Positions 12,235 through 24,800 of a stretch of 64,000 bases of DNA are shown here, piece by piece (the stretch's first letter is position 1; every line of letters begins with the position of its first letter). The translations under genes and the position numbers were made by a program. The notes under the pieces are model-generated. The model saw only the letters and a list, made by a program, of their open reading frames with translations, had not been told where the DNA came from and did not search any database. This DNA is from Octopus sinensis (taxonomy: Eukaryota). The stretch spans positions 4,340,001 through 4,404,000 of the forward strand of contig NC_043021.1 of the NCBI RefSeq assembly GCF_006345805.1. Reading direction: 5' to 3'.

Positions 12235-12630
12235 GACGAAGCGGATGAGAGAAGGCAATGAGAGAAGATGGTGTAAGAAAGTGATTAGAGAAGAGGAGGA
12301 GAGAGAAGAGGATAAGAGGAGAGGAGAAGGAGAGAGAAGGGGAGAGAAGAGGAGAGAGAAGAGGAGAGGATGAAAGGAGAAGATAAGAGAAGAGGATAAG
12401 AGGAGAGGAGAAGGAGAGAGAAGAGGAAAGGAGAGGATAAGAGGAGAGGAGAAGGAGAGAGAAGGGGAGAGAAGAGGAGAGGAGGAGAGAGAAGAGGATG
12501 AAAGGAGAGGATAAGAGAAGAGGATAAGAGGAGAGGAGAAGGAGAGAGGAGAGGAGGAGAGAGAAGAGAAGAGGATAAGAGGAGAGGAGAAGGAGAGAGA
12601 AGAGGATAAGAAGAGAGAGAGAGAGAAGAG
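12235..12630. repeat. Polypurine (G/A) minisatellite
   Basis: Repeats of GAGGATAAGAGGAGAGGAGAAGGAGAGAG; almost no pyrimidines on the + strand. Confidence 0.9.
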
Positions 12631-12883
12631 ATTCATCAAAGTTTACTTATTATTTACATTTTTTCTTATGTTTGTTTTTAGACTTCATTCCAGAGTGAAA
12701 CAAATTTTGAAATCCTCAGAAGCTTAAAGGAAATTACATTTTCATGACATAACATAATGTAAATAAGACATTCCTAAAAGAGAGCGGATGGTGACAGCTG
12801 GAGTTCGTCTGATCAAAGGACTGGTCAATCAATACTGGCCTGGGGCTAAACAGCAACATTACTTGTTATACATTCATCATCAT

Positions 12884-13289
12884 AGGCACAGGAGTGGCTG
12901 TGTGGTAAGTAGCTTGTTTACCAACCACATGGTTCCGGGTTCAGTCCCACTGCGTGGCACCTTGGGCAAGTGTCTTCTACTATAGCCTTGGGCCAACCAA
13001 TGCCTTGTGAGTGGATTTGGTAGACGGAAACTGAAAGAAGCCCGTCGTATATATGTATATATATATATATATATATTTCTTTACTGCCCACAAGGGGCTA
13101 AACATAGAGGGGCGAACGGATTAAGTCGATTACATCGATCCCAGTACGAAACTGGTTATTTATTTAATGACCCTGAAAAGACGAAAGGCAAAGTCGACCT
13201 CGGTGGAATTTGAACTCAGAACGTAACGACAGACGAAATACGGCTACGCATTTCACCCGGCGTGCTAACGTTTCTGCCAGCTCGCCGCC

Positions 13290-13372
<83 letters not shown>

Positions 13373-13552
13373 TTGTGTGTCTGTGTTTGTCCCCCTAGCA
13401 TTGCTTACGTCCCCGTTACTTAGCGGTTCGGCAAAGGAGACCGATAGAATAAGTACTGGGCTTACAAAAGAATAAGTCCCGGGGTCGAGTTGCTCGATTA
13501 AAGGCGGTGCTCCAGCATGGCCGCAGCCAAATAAGTAAAAGAGTAAAAGAGA
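12884..13552 (+). mobile_element. SINE family A interrupted by a minus-strand family B SINE (13074-13290) in its (TA)n tract
   Basis: The family A halves flank an inverted family B copy bounded by TA repeats. Confidence 0.9.
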
Positions 13553-13722
13553 GTATTATCATCATCATCATCATAAAGGTGACAAGCTGGCAGAATTGCT
13601 AGCAAGCTGAGAAAAATGCTTAGCAGCATTTCATCCTTCATTATGTTCTGATGGGAACAACCAACCCTGCCCCTGAAATTGTTGTAGATGACTCTTATTC
13701 AGTGGTTGCAGAATTATCATCA

Positions 13723-14022
13723 TCTTTATATATAAAACTGAAGTTGTGTGAGAGTCTGTCTCCTCCGATTTAGATTCCTAACTACTCCCACATTTTGCGG
13801 TGCAGTTTAACCAAAACCGGGTATCTTATAGTCGTGATTCATATCGAGCCCTTCTGGGTATTAGCGCGCGTCTACGATGAGTCTACGATTTAAAAAAAAT
13901 TTACCATCATTTTTTCGTTTTTTTAATGCATTTTTTGCTTGGTTTAAGCGAAGTAACTCTCTAAAAATGCTTATATAGTTATTTCCCTTACAAACCCGAG
14001 CAACGCCGGGCGATACTGCTAG
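13723..14022 (+). mobile_element. Non-autonomous Helitron
   Basis: 5' TCTTTATATATAAAA; 3' hairpin CCCGAGCAACGCCGGG then CTAG; inserted between A and T with no TSD. Confidence 0.9.
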
Positions 14023-14487
14023 TTTAACATATTTAGACTTCAGTATCGATAGAACATGACAGAACTACATATGAATGAAAGAACCAGCTTTTCTTTGTAT
14101 CAATAATATAGATTGTGAAGTTCAGCAAACAAGAATGCAGCTAAACTGTGATGATGTAGAGATTAAGATGTTACAATTTGTATCAAAACAACAACGAAAA
14201 AAAAAAAACTGGGATGTAAATAATATAAATAAATAAAGTTTTCCAACCATGCTGGCATAAACTAATTAATGTAAAAAAAAAATGAAACCTGAAAAAAAAA
14301 AACAAAAACAAATTCAAAAATTCAGTTGTAACTTGAAGCGGAAATGTCAACCCAATTGAAGCAGACAGTTGAAAATTCATATTATAGACATGTGTGAAGT
14401 TGGAGGGTGGGGGGATTTTTAAAAAAGTGTTTAACTCAATCTAGATGGCATACACACACACACACACACAAAATTATATATATATAT

Positions 14488-14653
14488 AGGCGCAGGAGTG
14501 GCTGTGTGGTAAGTAGCTTGCTTACCAACCACATGGTTCTGGGTTCAGTCCCACTGCATGGCATCTTGGGCAAGTGTCTTCTGCTATAGCCCCGAGCCGA
14601 CCAATGCCTTGTGAGTGGATTTGGTAGACGGAAACTGAAAGAAGCCTGTCGTA

Positions 14654-14696
<43 letters not shown>

Positions 14697-14890
14697 TGTT
14701 CCTCTAGCATTGCTTGACAACCGATGGTGGTGTGTTTACGTCCCCGTCACTTAGCGGTTCGGCAAAAGAGACTGATAGAATAAGTACTGGGCTTACAAAG
14801 AATAAGTCCCGGGGTCGATTTGCTCGACTAAAGGCGGTGCTCCAGCATGGCCGCAGTCAAATGACTGAAACAAGTAAAAGAGTAAAAGAG
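14488..14890 (+). mobile_element. SINE family A
   Basis: Full-length copy. Confidence 0.9.
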
Positions 14891-15046
14891 TATATATTCA
14901 TATTTTTTATATTTTTATATATTTATACAGTGAAATTTGATTTAATACTGAATTGAATTTTTCCTGTAAGTTTGGAGCTATACTCCCTAATATTATTATT
15001 ATATATATATATATGTATACACACACACACACACACATTGTTTTAT

Positions 15047-15429
15047 CCTTTTATTTGTTTCAGTCTTTTGACTGCAGCCATATAGGAGCACCGCCTTTAG
15101 TTGAGCAAATTGCCCCCAGGACTTATCTTTGTAAGCCTAGTACTTATTCTATCAGTCTCTTTTGTCGAACCACTAAGTTACAGGGATGTGAACACATCAG
15201 TATCAGTTGTCAAGTGATGTCGGGGTGACAAATACAGACACAAACATACACACACACACATATACAATGGGCTTCTTTCAGTTTCCATCTACCAAATCTA
15301 CTCACAAGGCTTTGGTCAGCATGAGGCTATAGTAGAAGACACTTGCCCAAGGTGCCAAGCAATGGGACTGAACCCAGAACCATGTGGTTGGTAAAGCAAA
15401 CTACTTTCCACACAGCCACTCCTGTGCCT
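15047..15429 (-). mobile_element. SINE family A (older copy, inverted relative to 14488)
   Basis: Diverged full-length copy. Confidence 0.85.
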
Positions 15430-16292
15430 GTAGCCACTCTATACCTATATATAAAGTAAACAACAGGTTGTATGGAGAGCGGCGGCATTGATAAATAAAA
15501 GGTAGGCCAAAAAGAAGACAACAAGCAGAATTGAACAGAAGACAAGTGGGAAAATAGATGATAACATAACAAAGCGGACAGAAACAAGATACACAGACCA
15601 TTCGCAGCAAATTTTCTCATCAGTTGGTTTCTGGAAAGTCATTATATACACACACACACACACACATACCCTCTCTCTCTCTCTTTCGGAGAGGCACTGA
15701 GCACCTACACGCACACATACACACACAGCAGTAACTTCCGCCTACCGAATTCAATCGCAAAGCTTCGGTCGGCTCGGGGCCATAGCGGAAGACACCTACC
15801 CAAAGTGCCACACAGTGGGACTGAACCCGAAACCATGTAGCTAGGAAGCAAGCTCCCTAACCACACAGCCATGCCCGCACCTACTATATATAAATATACA
15901 TATCTATATACACACACACACACATACATACACACATTTATTTGGTTTGCTAGATCTTTGATGGGAATTCGTGTGTTGAAACGAATTCTGTTGTGTCTTG
16001 GGAGAGTCATTAAGCCAATAACAACAGATGCACAATTTCAATTCCATTTCCCTTCATGTTCCAAAGTGTGAGCAGACTTTACAGACCTACCATTATTGAT
16101 GTAATCACTCTTCCAAGACACAACAGATTAAATTAATATTTACATACATATGTATATACATATATGTATGTATATATATGTGTATATATATATATATATA
16201 TATAATATATATATATTATATATATATGTGGTGTATATGTGTGTATATATTTATTTATATGTGTGTGTGTATATATATTATATGTGTGTGTG

Positions 16293-16343
<51 letters not shown>

Positions 16344-16399
16344 GTGTGTGTGTGTGTATATATATATAATATATATATATATGTATATGTGTGTGTGTA

Positions 16400-16435
<36 letters not shown>

Positions 16436-16781
16436 TGTATAATCTGCGATTTGAATAGCATCATTATTTACTTGTTCTATAATTCTATTTGTCAAGTTGC
16501 CATGAGCAGCGGTGGTTAGACTTTATAGAACTATGTCTAAATATCTACTCTACCACACTGGCTCGACTTGGCTTGGCTGAGGAGTGCAGTCTTTATATTC
16601 ATGCCCAGGAGTAAAGTCAATTGCATCAACCACCAATGTTCAACTGGTTCTTATTTTATCAACCCCAAAAGGATGAAAGGTGAAGTCAGACTTTGAAGAA
16701 GTTGAACTCAGAACGTAAGGACAGATGAAATACTGCTAAGCATTTTGCCTGGCATGCTAATGTATTATAACAAGAACCAAA

Positions 16782-17212
16782 ATCGAAGTTGATCAACATC
16801 AATGGAAATTGCAGCTATGATACCAGTGCCGGTGGCATGTAAGTGAACCATCCGAATGTGGCCGTTGCCAGTGCCGCCCTGACTGGCCTCCGTGCCGGTG
16901 GCACGTAAAAAGCACCATCCGATCGTGGCCGTTGCCAGCCTAGCCTGGCCCGTGCCGGTGGCACGTAAAATGCATCATCCGACTGTGGCCGTTTGCCAGC
17001 CCCGTCTGGCACCTGCGCCGGTGGCATGTAAAAAGCACCCACTACATTCACGGAGTGGTTGGCATTAGGAAGGGCATCCAGCCCGTAGAAACACTGCCAG
17101 ATCAGACTGGGCCTGGCGCAGCCTTCTGGCTTCCCAGACCCCAGTTGAACCGTCCAACCCATGCTAGCATGGAAAGCGGACGCTAAATGATGATGATGAT
17201 GATGATGATGAT
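16782..17212 (+). mobile_element. RTE-related SINE family C
   Basis: Internal GTGCCGGTGGCACGTAAAAAGCACC repeats and (GAT)n tail. Confidence 0.85.
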
Positions 17213-17882
17213 ATCTGCTTGATGAAGGCTGATTTGGGACTAAAGAGTTACCAGCTTTGGCAATAATGACCTTATAGGAGAAATTGCTGTATGAAGTATG
17301 TTATTAAGTAGCGAGTACGATACCTGATCAATTCTAATTGATTAGGAAATATATTGCTGTTAAAATCAATTTGTGGTCATTCTCCTTGTAAAGAGATTAC
17401 TGAATGGTAATTGGTGGTTAGAACCGTTCAGAAATGGTTTTTTTGCTCACTTGGCTGAGATTGCCCACTCACTCAAAATGATTTCTTCGTGTTACAGGAA
17501 ATGAATAATTAATTTTTTTCAGGGGTGGGGTGAGGTGGGGGAGGTTAATTCAAAGGTGATATACTGAAGTATCACCTTCTGAAAAGTGAAGTCATGCAAG
17601 GAATAAAATAGACATTATTGACAGGAATGCAAAATGCAACCAGATACAAAGATTCACATTTTATGGCGAAATGACCAGAAATAAATTCTATATAAGTAAT
17701 CAAAAGGAATAATCAGGTATCAAATTGTATCACCATCATCATTTAATGTCTGTCTTCCATGCTGACAGTTTGATCTGATCCAATGAGTCAAAGAACTGTG
17801 TCAAGCTCTGATATCTAATTTGGAATAATTTCTGTGATTGGATGGCCTTCCTAATATCAACCACTTAGTAGAATATACTGAG

Positions 17883-18278
17883 TTGTGTCCCCAAAGTCCA
17901 TCCCTTTCTCACCGTGATGGGGATGCTGGCAACGGGTAGTGTCAGAGCTATGCCGTTGGGAATTTCGGATCCTGGTAGGGCGGATTGGTCTGACACCCAA
18001 GGCGGATTGGTCTGACACCGAGTGGTATTAGGACCACAACCCGGCAGACGGGGCTCTGGTGAAAATCCTTGGAGTGTCTACTTCGGCAACCGGCGGTTCC
18101 TTGGTCGTTCTGTCCCTGCGTCTGCGGACAATCTGCGGCAATCCTGCATGTCTCTACATGCAGAATTGTTGGGGACCGCTTGTGAAATCCACACATTCCC
18201 ACGAAACTTCTTCCAAGGTGGAAGAAGCCGACTCAACCCACCCAGGGTGAATGTTGCCACAAGTACAAGTAAGTAAGT
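17883..18278 (+). mobile_element. Unclassified GC-rich retro-insertion with (AAGT)n tail
   Basis: 11-bp TSD AATATACTGAG at 17872-17882 and 18279-18289; CAAGTAAGTAAGT tail; CpG-rich. Confidence 0.7.
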
Positions 18279-21120
18279 AATATACTGAGCGCTTTTTGCA
18301 TGACATCAGCGCCAGTAACTTTGGTATTGTGACATGAGCCCTTGATGCAGAGTACATGCAAATACTAAACAGAACTGAAACTAGTATGCTCCGTTGGATG
18401 GATATCAGTGTGCCTTTATGACACCTCATCACCACCATCTTTGCACATCCACCAAAGCATATTGACCTCATTCCTTTCTTGTCTCTGCATGTCCTCTGCA
18501 TTCAAGGCCTATGTTGGAATATTTTCTTTGCAGGTAGGATCAGATCCATGTCAAAGAATAATGACCTACTTACAGAACCATCCTGGGAAAATAGTCCGTA
18601 GTTCTAATGTACTATGTGGAAACCTCACAGCAAGAAACCCACACTTCCGACATTCCAGCGACCACCATGTAGATCCTCCCACAGTTTCTGTCATGTGGTG
18701 TTAATGTCTAGCAAGGGAAGTAACTCCCTATCTATAAAAGCACATCGAACATGTTGGAATATTACATGTTTCACTACTATGTAGCATTGCTGTTCACACA
18801 CATGCATCATATCACAGACGCACACACAAGGAATGCTTACAACCAAACTTATTTCCAATCATTAGGAAAAGAGAGTTCTTTTATGAGGAATTGTGTCATG
18901 GTTTCCTCTTGGGTTTCCAACAAGAAGCATTTAGAATTTATTTCAAATTTCATCCTACTGAGGTTTTGCTGAGCTTTTCTGTGGCACTGAGCAGACCAAA
19001 GAGAAAACTTACATTTAGCCATTACATTTATAGGTGCAGGCATAGATGTTTGGTTTTAAAGTTAGCTTTGCAGTCACACGAGTTCAGGTTCAGTCCCACT
19101 GTACAGTACCTTCTACCATTGTTTCTTGAATTAATTTGGTTGACAGAAACTGTGCAGAAGCCTATCATATATGTGTGTGCCAGTGAGTGCAATTGTGTGT
19201 GTCGACCACCATCATTTGGCAACCAGTATTGGTTTGTTTATGTCCCTGTAACTTAACAGTTTGGCAAAAAGTGACTAATACAATAATAAGTACCAGACAT
19301 AAAATAATTATTAAGGTTGATTTCTTTGGCTAAACATTTCAAGGCAGTGCCCGAGTATGGCCACAGTCCAGTGACCAAAACAAGTGAAATACATAAAGGA
19401 ATTACCTGTGGAGGCCCATAGCTTAGTGGTTAGACATTTAACTCGTGGTTGTAAGGTTGTGGTTTTGATTCCTGGACCAGATAATGCCTTGTATTCTTGA
19501 GAAAAGCACTTTGCTTCATGTTACTCCAGTCCACTTGGCCAGCAAACACGAGTAATCCTGTGACGGACTGGCATCTTGTCCAGGGAGGAACATATACACC
19601 AGAGAAACTAGGACACTGACCTTATGCCCCTTACAGAATGATGTGGACTAACTGATTACCTGACGAGCCAAAGAAGGCTAAAATCATTTGAGCAGTCATT
19701 TTTATTGTACCTCCAAAATTATGTAATGCTAAATAATGATACCACCGGACCTGATGGATTGGGGGTTTCAGTCACAACTAAGTAAATAACCACATCATCA
19801 TCATAATTATCATCGTTTAACGACCGTTTTCCATGCTAGCATGGGTTGGACGGTTCAACCGGGATCTGGGAAGCCAGGAGGCTGCACCACGCTCCAGTCT
19901 GATCTGGCAGTATTTCTACAGCTGGATGCCCTTCCTAACACCAACCACTCTGTGAGTGTAGTGGGTGCTTTTTACGTGCCAGGCGAGGCTGGCAATGGCC
20001 ACGATCAGATCGGTGCTTTTTACGTGCCACCGGCACGGAAGCCAGTCAAGGTGGCGCTGGCATCGGCCTGCAAATAGTAATCAAATACACACTGATTGAT
20101 ATGCTGTAGCAAAACAATCAATACTGGTTTCACATTTTGGCACAAGGCCAGCAATTTTGGGGAGGGAATAAGTCAATTACATCAACCCCAGTGTTCAGCT
20201 GGCACTTATTTTATCAACCCTAAAAGGATGAAAGATAAAGTCAACCATGGCAGAATTTAGACTCAGAACCTATGTAAAAATGGACAAAATGCCGCTAAGC
20301 ATTTTTCCTGGCATGCTAATTATTCTGCCAGTTTGCTGTCTTCAAACAACAGATACAAAAGGATGCTGTAAAGTTCCTAGATTTTGGTAAAAGAAAATAC
20401 AGAATAATCAGTTGTGTTTTTTATTCAACATATTTCTGTTTTTCTTAGCCCTTAAAAGAACTCAGAAGGTTGGGCCCCTAACTAGGCCTTTCACAATACC
20501 CTAGAAACTAAGAACTTTTCAGCAGCCCCTCATATATTAATACATTAGCAGTCAGTAAGACAGTAGCAGATATGCTTTGATGTGTAATTAACAGTCAATT
20601 AGGATCAGCAAACTACAGCGTAGGGGTCAAATCCAACACATCAACTATTCTGAATATGAAATTTCACATAAAATCTTTGTTTTCCTTATTAATCTTTGAA
20701 GTGGACTGGAACAATGTAAAATGAAGTATTTTGCTCAAGAACACAACACACCACCAGGCGTGGGAATTGAAACCACAATCTTGTGATTGTGAAAGCAACA
20801 CAAGTAGATATTCAGGAAAATGACAGTAGTTAATTAGACACTGATAGATAGTCTAAGATGTTAGTAGTTAATTAGACACGAGTAGGTGTACTATGTCAGT
20901 AGCCAGAGACTGTTAGGAATGCTATGATAGTAATTAGTTCTTGCTAATTTTGGCACAAGGCCTGACATTTTGAGGAGAGGGAAAAGTCAATTACATCAAC
21001 CCCAGCACTTGATGGGTACTTTTTTATCCACCCCAGTACTCAACTGTTACTTATTTTATCAACCCCAAAAAGATGAAAGGTAATGTTGACCTTAGCAAAA
21101 TTTGAACTCAGAACATAAAG

Positions 21121-21283
21121 AGGCGCAGGAGTGGCTGTGTGGTAAGTAACTTGCTAACCAACCACATGGTTCCGGGTTCAGTCCCACTGCGTGGAATCTT
21201 GGGCAAGTGTCTTCTGCTATAGCCCCGGGCCGACCAATGCCTTGTGAGTGGATTTGGTAGACGGAAACTGAAAGAAGCCTGTC

Positions 21284-21328
<45 letters not shown>

Positions 21329-21566
21329 ATGTATGTGTGTGTATATGTTTGTGTGTCTGTGTTTGTCCCCCTAGCATTGCTTGACAACCAATGCTGGTGT
21401 GTTTACGTCCCCGTCACTTAGCGGTTCGGCAAAAAGAGACCGATAGAATAAGTACTGGGCTTACAAAGAATAAGTCCCGGAGTCGAGTTGCTCGATTTAA
21501 GGCGGTGCTCCAGCATGGCCGCAGTCAAAATGACTGAAACAAGTAAAAGAGTAAAAGAGTAAAGAG
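21121..21566 (+). mobile_element. SINE family A
   Basis: Full-length young-looking copy. Confidence 0.9.
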
Positions 21567-21883
21567 AATCAGAAGATATGCAGCTAAACATTTTGTCTGA
21601 TGCTCCAATGAATCTGCCAGCCTGTAAACACACACATAACTATTCTATATATTAGTAGTTAACTAGGCACTGGTAGATATGCTAGTAAATTAAACAATAG
21701 TAGATACAGAAAAAAAAATAATACCCACCAAACTCACCAATACACTCCAACCACTCTTCCAAAGATGTTATATATCTAAACCCCTTTGCCCATTCAAAGC
21801 ATTTTTATAAGTTTATCTTAAGTGCCCATGCTTGTTTTCCACACTTTTACTTCGCCCTTATCAGCCTGAGTAATATAAATGGG

Positions 21884-22078
21884 AAGCTTACGAAAATAAA
21901 CAAAAGACGAAGGCAGGTGGAGTACAAACAAACAATTGTATTAGTATGGCGCTCAGGAATAGAAATAAAACAAGTCTTTTACGTTTCGAGCCTACGCTCT
22001 TCAACAGAAAGATACACAGAAAAGAAACACGGAGAGAAACAAGGAGAGAAAAAAAATGCGTGCAGGAGCTAACGATTT
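21884..22078 (-). mobile_element. Penelope-like element terminal fragment carrying a hammerhead-like motif
   Basis: Minus strand CTGTTGAAGAGCGTAGGCTCGAAACGTAAAAGAC within a pyrimidine-rich segment. Confidence 0.6.
21975..22012 (-). ncRNA. Minimal type-I hammerhead-like motif, A6U core variant
   Basis: Stem I TCTTT/AAAGA, core CTGTTGA, stem II GAGC-GTAG-GCTC, GAA, palindromic ACGT, GUA triplet. Confidence 0.6.
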
Positions 22079-22552
22079 AATATCTTTCCTTTCATAAGAC
22101 CCAAGTTACTCTGGTGGTCGAAAAAACAAAATTTAGAATGTCTATCATGTATGATGCATGAAAAGCAGGTAAATATGTCCTGTGTGTCACAGGTAAAGGG
22201 TTGTTAACTAAATTTTTCTACCATTGTGACAATAACCTCTGATCCTTGGAACTGATTAGTTTCATGCCACCTCCATCCATGGCCACCTGATTCACTAATC
22301 TGTCATCACCCTCAGCCCTTAAACTAACCACTATTTGTAAACCCCTCTCTCTAGAACATCTTCCATTTGGAAGGTCTTCCATGTACATGTTATTCTTGTA
22401 GTTTCAGAATCAGTTTTATTGATTTCAATGGCCTTGAAGGGTCTGTTAAGATTAAGGACACAACACATTTTTGGGGGGAAACTTAACACAACATATCACA
22501 GCATACTCCAAAGCAGCAAAGTACAAAAATAGGACATAAAAATTTAACTTAC

Positions 22553-22672
22553 CAATGATTCATTTTCATTCTTCAGAAGCATGGTTTTCCTTTCAAGTTT
22601 GAGAACCTGAGACTGAAGTTCTCCTACCTTCTTCTGTAGGGGTTTCTCCTTCTCTTCAAAAAGCCTTTTGTT
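22553..22672 (-). CDS. Internal coding exon of a coiled-coil protein (NKRLFEEKEKPLQKKVGELQSQVLKLERKTMLLKNENESL); JAKMIP-like resemblance only
   Basis: Poly-T tract plus TTTAG acceptor, TTG|GTAAGT donor, 120 nt, phase 0/0, open frame, heptad pattern. Similarity to the JAKMIP segment EKD..RFQLKIAEL.S.IRKLE is from memory and unverified. Confidence 0.8.
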
Positions 22673-22974
22673 CTAAATAAAAAAAAAAAAAAGACAAAAA
22701 AAGCAATCAAATTAAAGTTTAAAATTATTATTTTAGAGAAGATGAACAAAGCTGAACATTCAGATAATAACAAAGGAAAAGATCTTTCTTTTAAGGTTTA
22801 TTAGATTGGTACAATTCTATATTTACTGAGATGAGGAATTTATATTATGAAAGCAATGACTAAGATGAGGAGGACAGCAGACATAACATTTTGGCTGCTG
22901 TATGCTCCAGCCTCCTTCAGACACCAGCCAAAACGTATTAAAAACATCAACCAAGATGAGGAGAACACTAGTCT

Positions 22975-23187
22975 GTGGAGGCACATGGCCTAGTGGTTAG
23001 AGCAGCAGACTCGCGGTCGAGGGATCGCTGGTTCGAATCTCAGACCAGGCGATGTGTGTGTTTATGAGCGAAACACCTAAGCCCCACGCGGCTCCGGCAG
23101 AAGGTAATGGCGAACTTCTGCTGACCCTTTCGCCACAACTTTCTCTCACTCTTTCCCCCTGCATCTTGCAGCTCACCTGCGACGGAC
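22975..23187 (+). mobile_element. SINE family D, 3'-truncated
   Basis: TGGCCTAGTGG A box and GGTTCGAATC B box; body matches the 1642 copy. Confidence 0.8.
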
Positions 23188-24272
23188 TATAATTTATAGT
23201 CTGGCTTATCAAATCTTTGTACATCAAAATCTAAGGCCAAGGAACAAGGAGCAGTGTCTGTTAGGAAAGGGGCTGAGGGAGTCAACAGAAATGATAGTGG
23301 GTATAGTCATAAAACTATCAAGATTAATTTGAAGCAATATAATGAGATTTGGTAAAGGAAAATCCTAAATCAGGATGTTAGTTATCAATTAAAGGGGCAA
23401 GACTCTAGTAAAACCAACGATGATGATACAGGGGAAATTTTATTATGGAGTACTATAGTTGAATACTTTAAACAATCATTGCTATCAAGAAGATTATTAA
23501 GAAGATTATGACCAAAAGGATAAAAGAAGATTATTAAGATTATGACTAAAGGGTAAAATTTTTGAATGCTTTTGAGCATATACCAAAATTTACCACAAGA
23601 GAGGGAGGAAATAAATTACATAGAAATTGTTTAATATTTATTCATACTACATACTGAAATATTAACTTATTAAATAGCATCTATGAAGATTAATCATTGG
23701 CATTTACTGGTATTTAATAAAGGAGTAATGAGGTGAAAGAACATGCGAACTATATATTAATTAAATTATAATCTAAGCAGTTTATTATAAGTTGTGAAGA
23801 TACCAGTACTGTTATATATAAGGTAAGTATGAATTTCTAGGGGTACAAAAATTAGGTTTTTTCATAAAATAATAAAATGATCAGGTGGGGTAGAACACCA
23901 TAGAAAAGGAATGAAATAGCTTAATCACTAAAACCATGATGAAGTATATATACCTTAACATCAATAGAGAAGATTTGTAGAAAATGTATAATAATTTAAG
24001 TATTTAAACTAAAAATTGTTTATTTACTTATTTAGTTTGTATCTGTAAAGACTGATACCTGGTATTAACTAAAGGAATATTGATGTTATAGGAATGCTAA
24101 CTATATACTAATTATAAACTAAGAGGTATAATATAGGTGTAAAAAGTTTTTAGTGTTAATCCATACATGATTTTAATCACCTTACTTTGAAACTGTATGG
24201 ATAATACCATACTAAATTCTGGTGCCTCAACATAAGTACCTAATTCATCTGAATCTAAATTTTTGTTTATAT

Positions 24273-24322
<50 letters not shown>

Positions 24323-24325
<3 letters not shown>

Positions 24326-24800
24326 CATCATCATCATCGTCGTTTAACGTCTGTTTCCCATGCTAGCATGGGTTGGACGGTTCAACTGGGGTCTGGGAAG
24401 CCAGAAGGCTGCACCAGGCTCCAGTCTGATCTGGCAGTGTTTCTACAGCTGGATGCCCTTCCTAACGCCAACCACTCCGCGAGTGTAGTGGGTGCTTTTT
24501 ACGTGCCACCAGAACAGGTGCCAGGGGAGGCTGGCAATGGCCATGATCGGTTGGTGCTTTTTACGTGCCACCAGCATGGAAGCCAGTCAAGGCGGTGCTT
24601 GCATTGGCCATGTACAGATGGTGCTTTTTACGTGCCACCGGCACAGGTGCCAGGGGAGGCTGGCAGCGGCCACGATTGGTTGGTGCTTTTTACACGCCAC
24701 CAGCATGGAAGCCAGTCAAGGCGGTGCTTGCATCGGCCACGTACAGATGGTGCTTTTAACGTGCCACCGGCACAGGTATCACAACTACAATTTCCATTTG
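24323..24800 (-). mobile_element. RTE-related SINE family C
   Basis: Same tail and internal repeats as the 8241 copy. Confidence 0.85.

Noticed and set aside
12130-12639. Leu/Ser/Pro-rich ORF (similar ORFs at 29520-30142, 16133-16495, 50317-50768, 53318-53863)
   Set aside because: Low-complexity or microsatellite translations with no splice or codon evidence
19660-19700. CTGACGA-GCC..GGC as a fifth hammerhead
   Set aside because: GAAA is replaced by TAAA, and there is no adjacent stem I or stem III pairing
23220-24240. 1-kb unusual AT-rich unique block, considered as a NUMT or decayed RT
   Set aside because: No mitochondrial or RT motif could be read in any frame; needs a BLAST search
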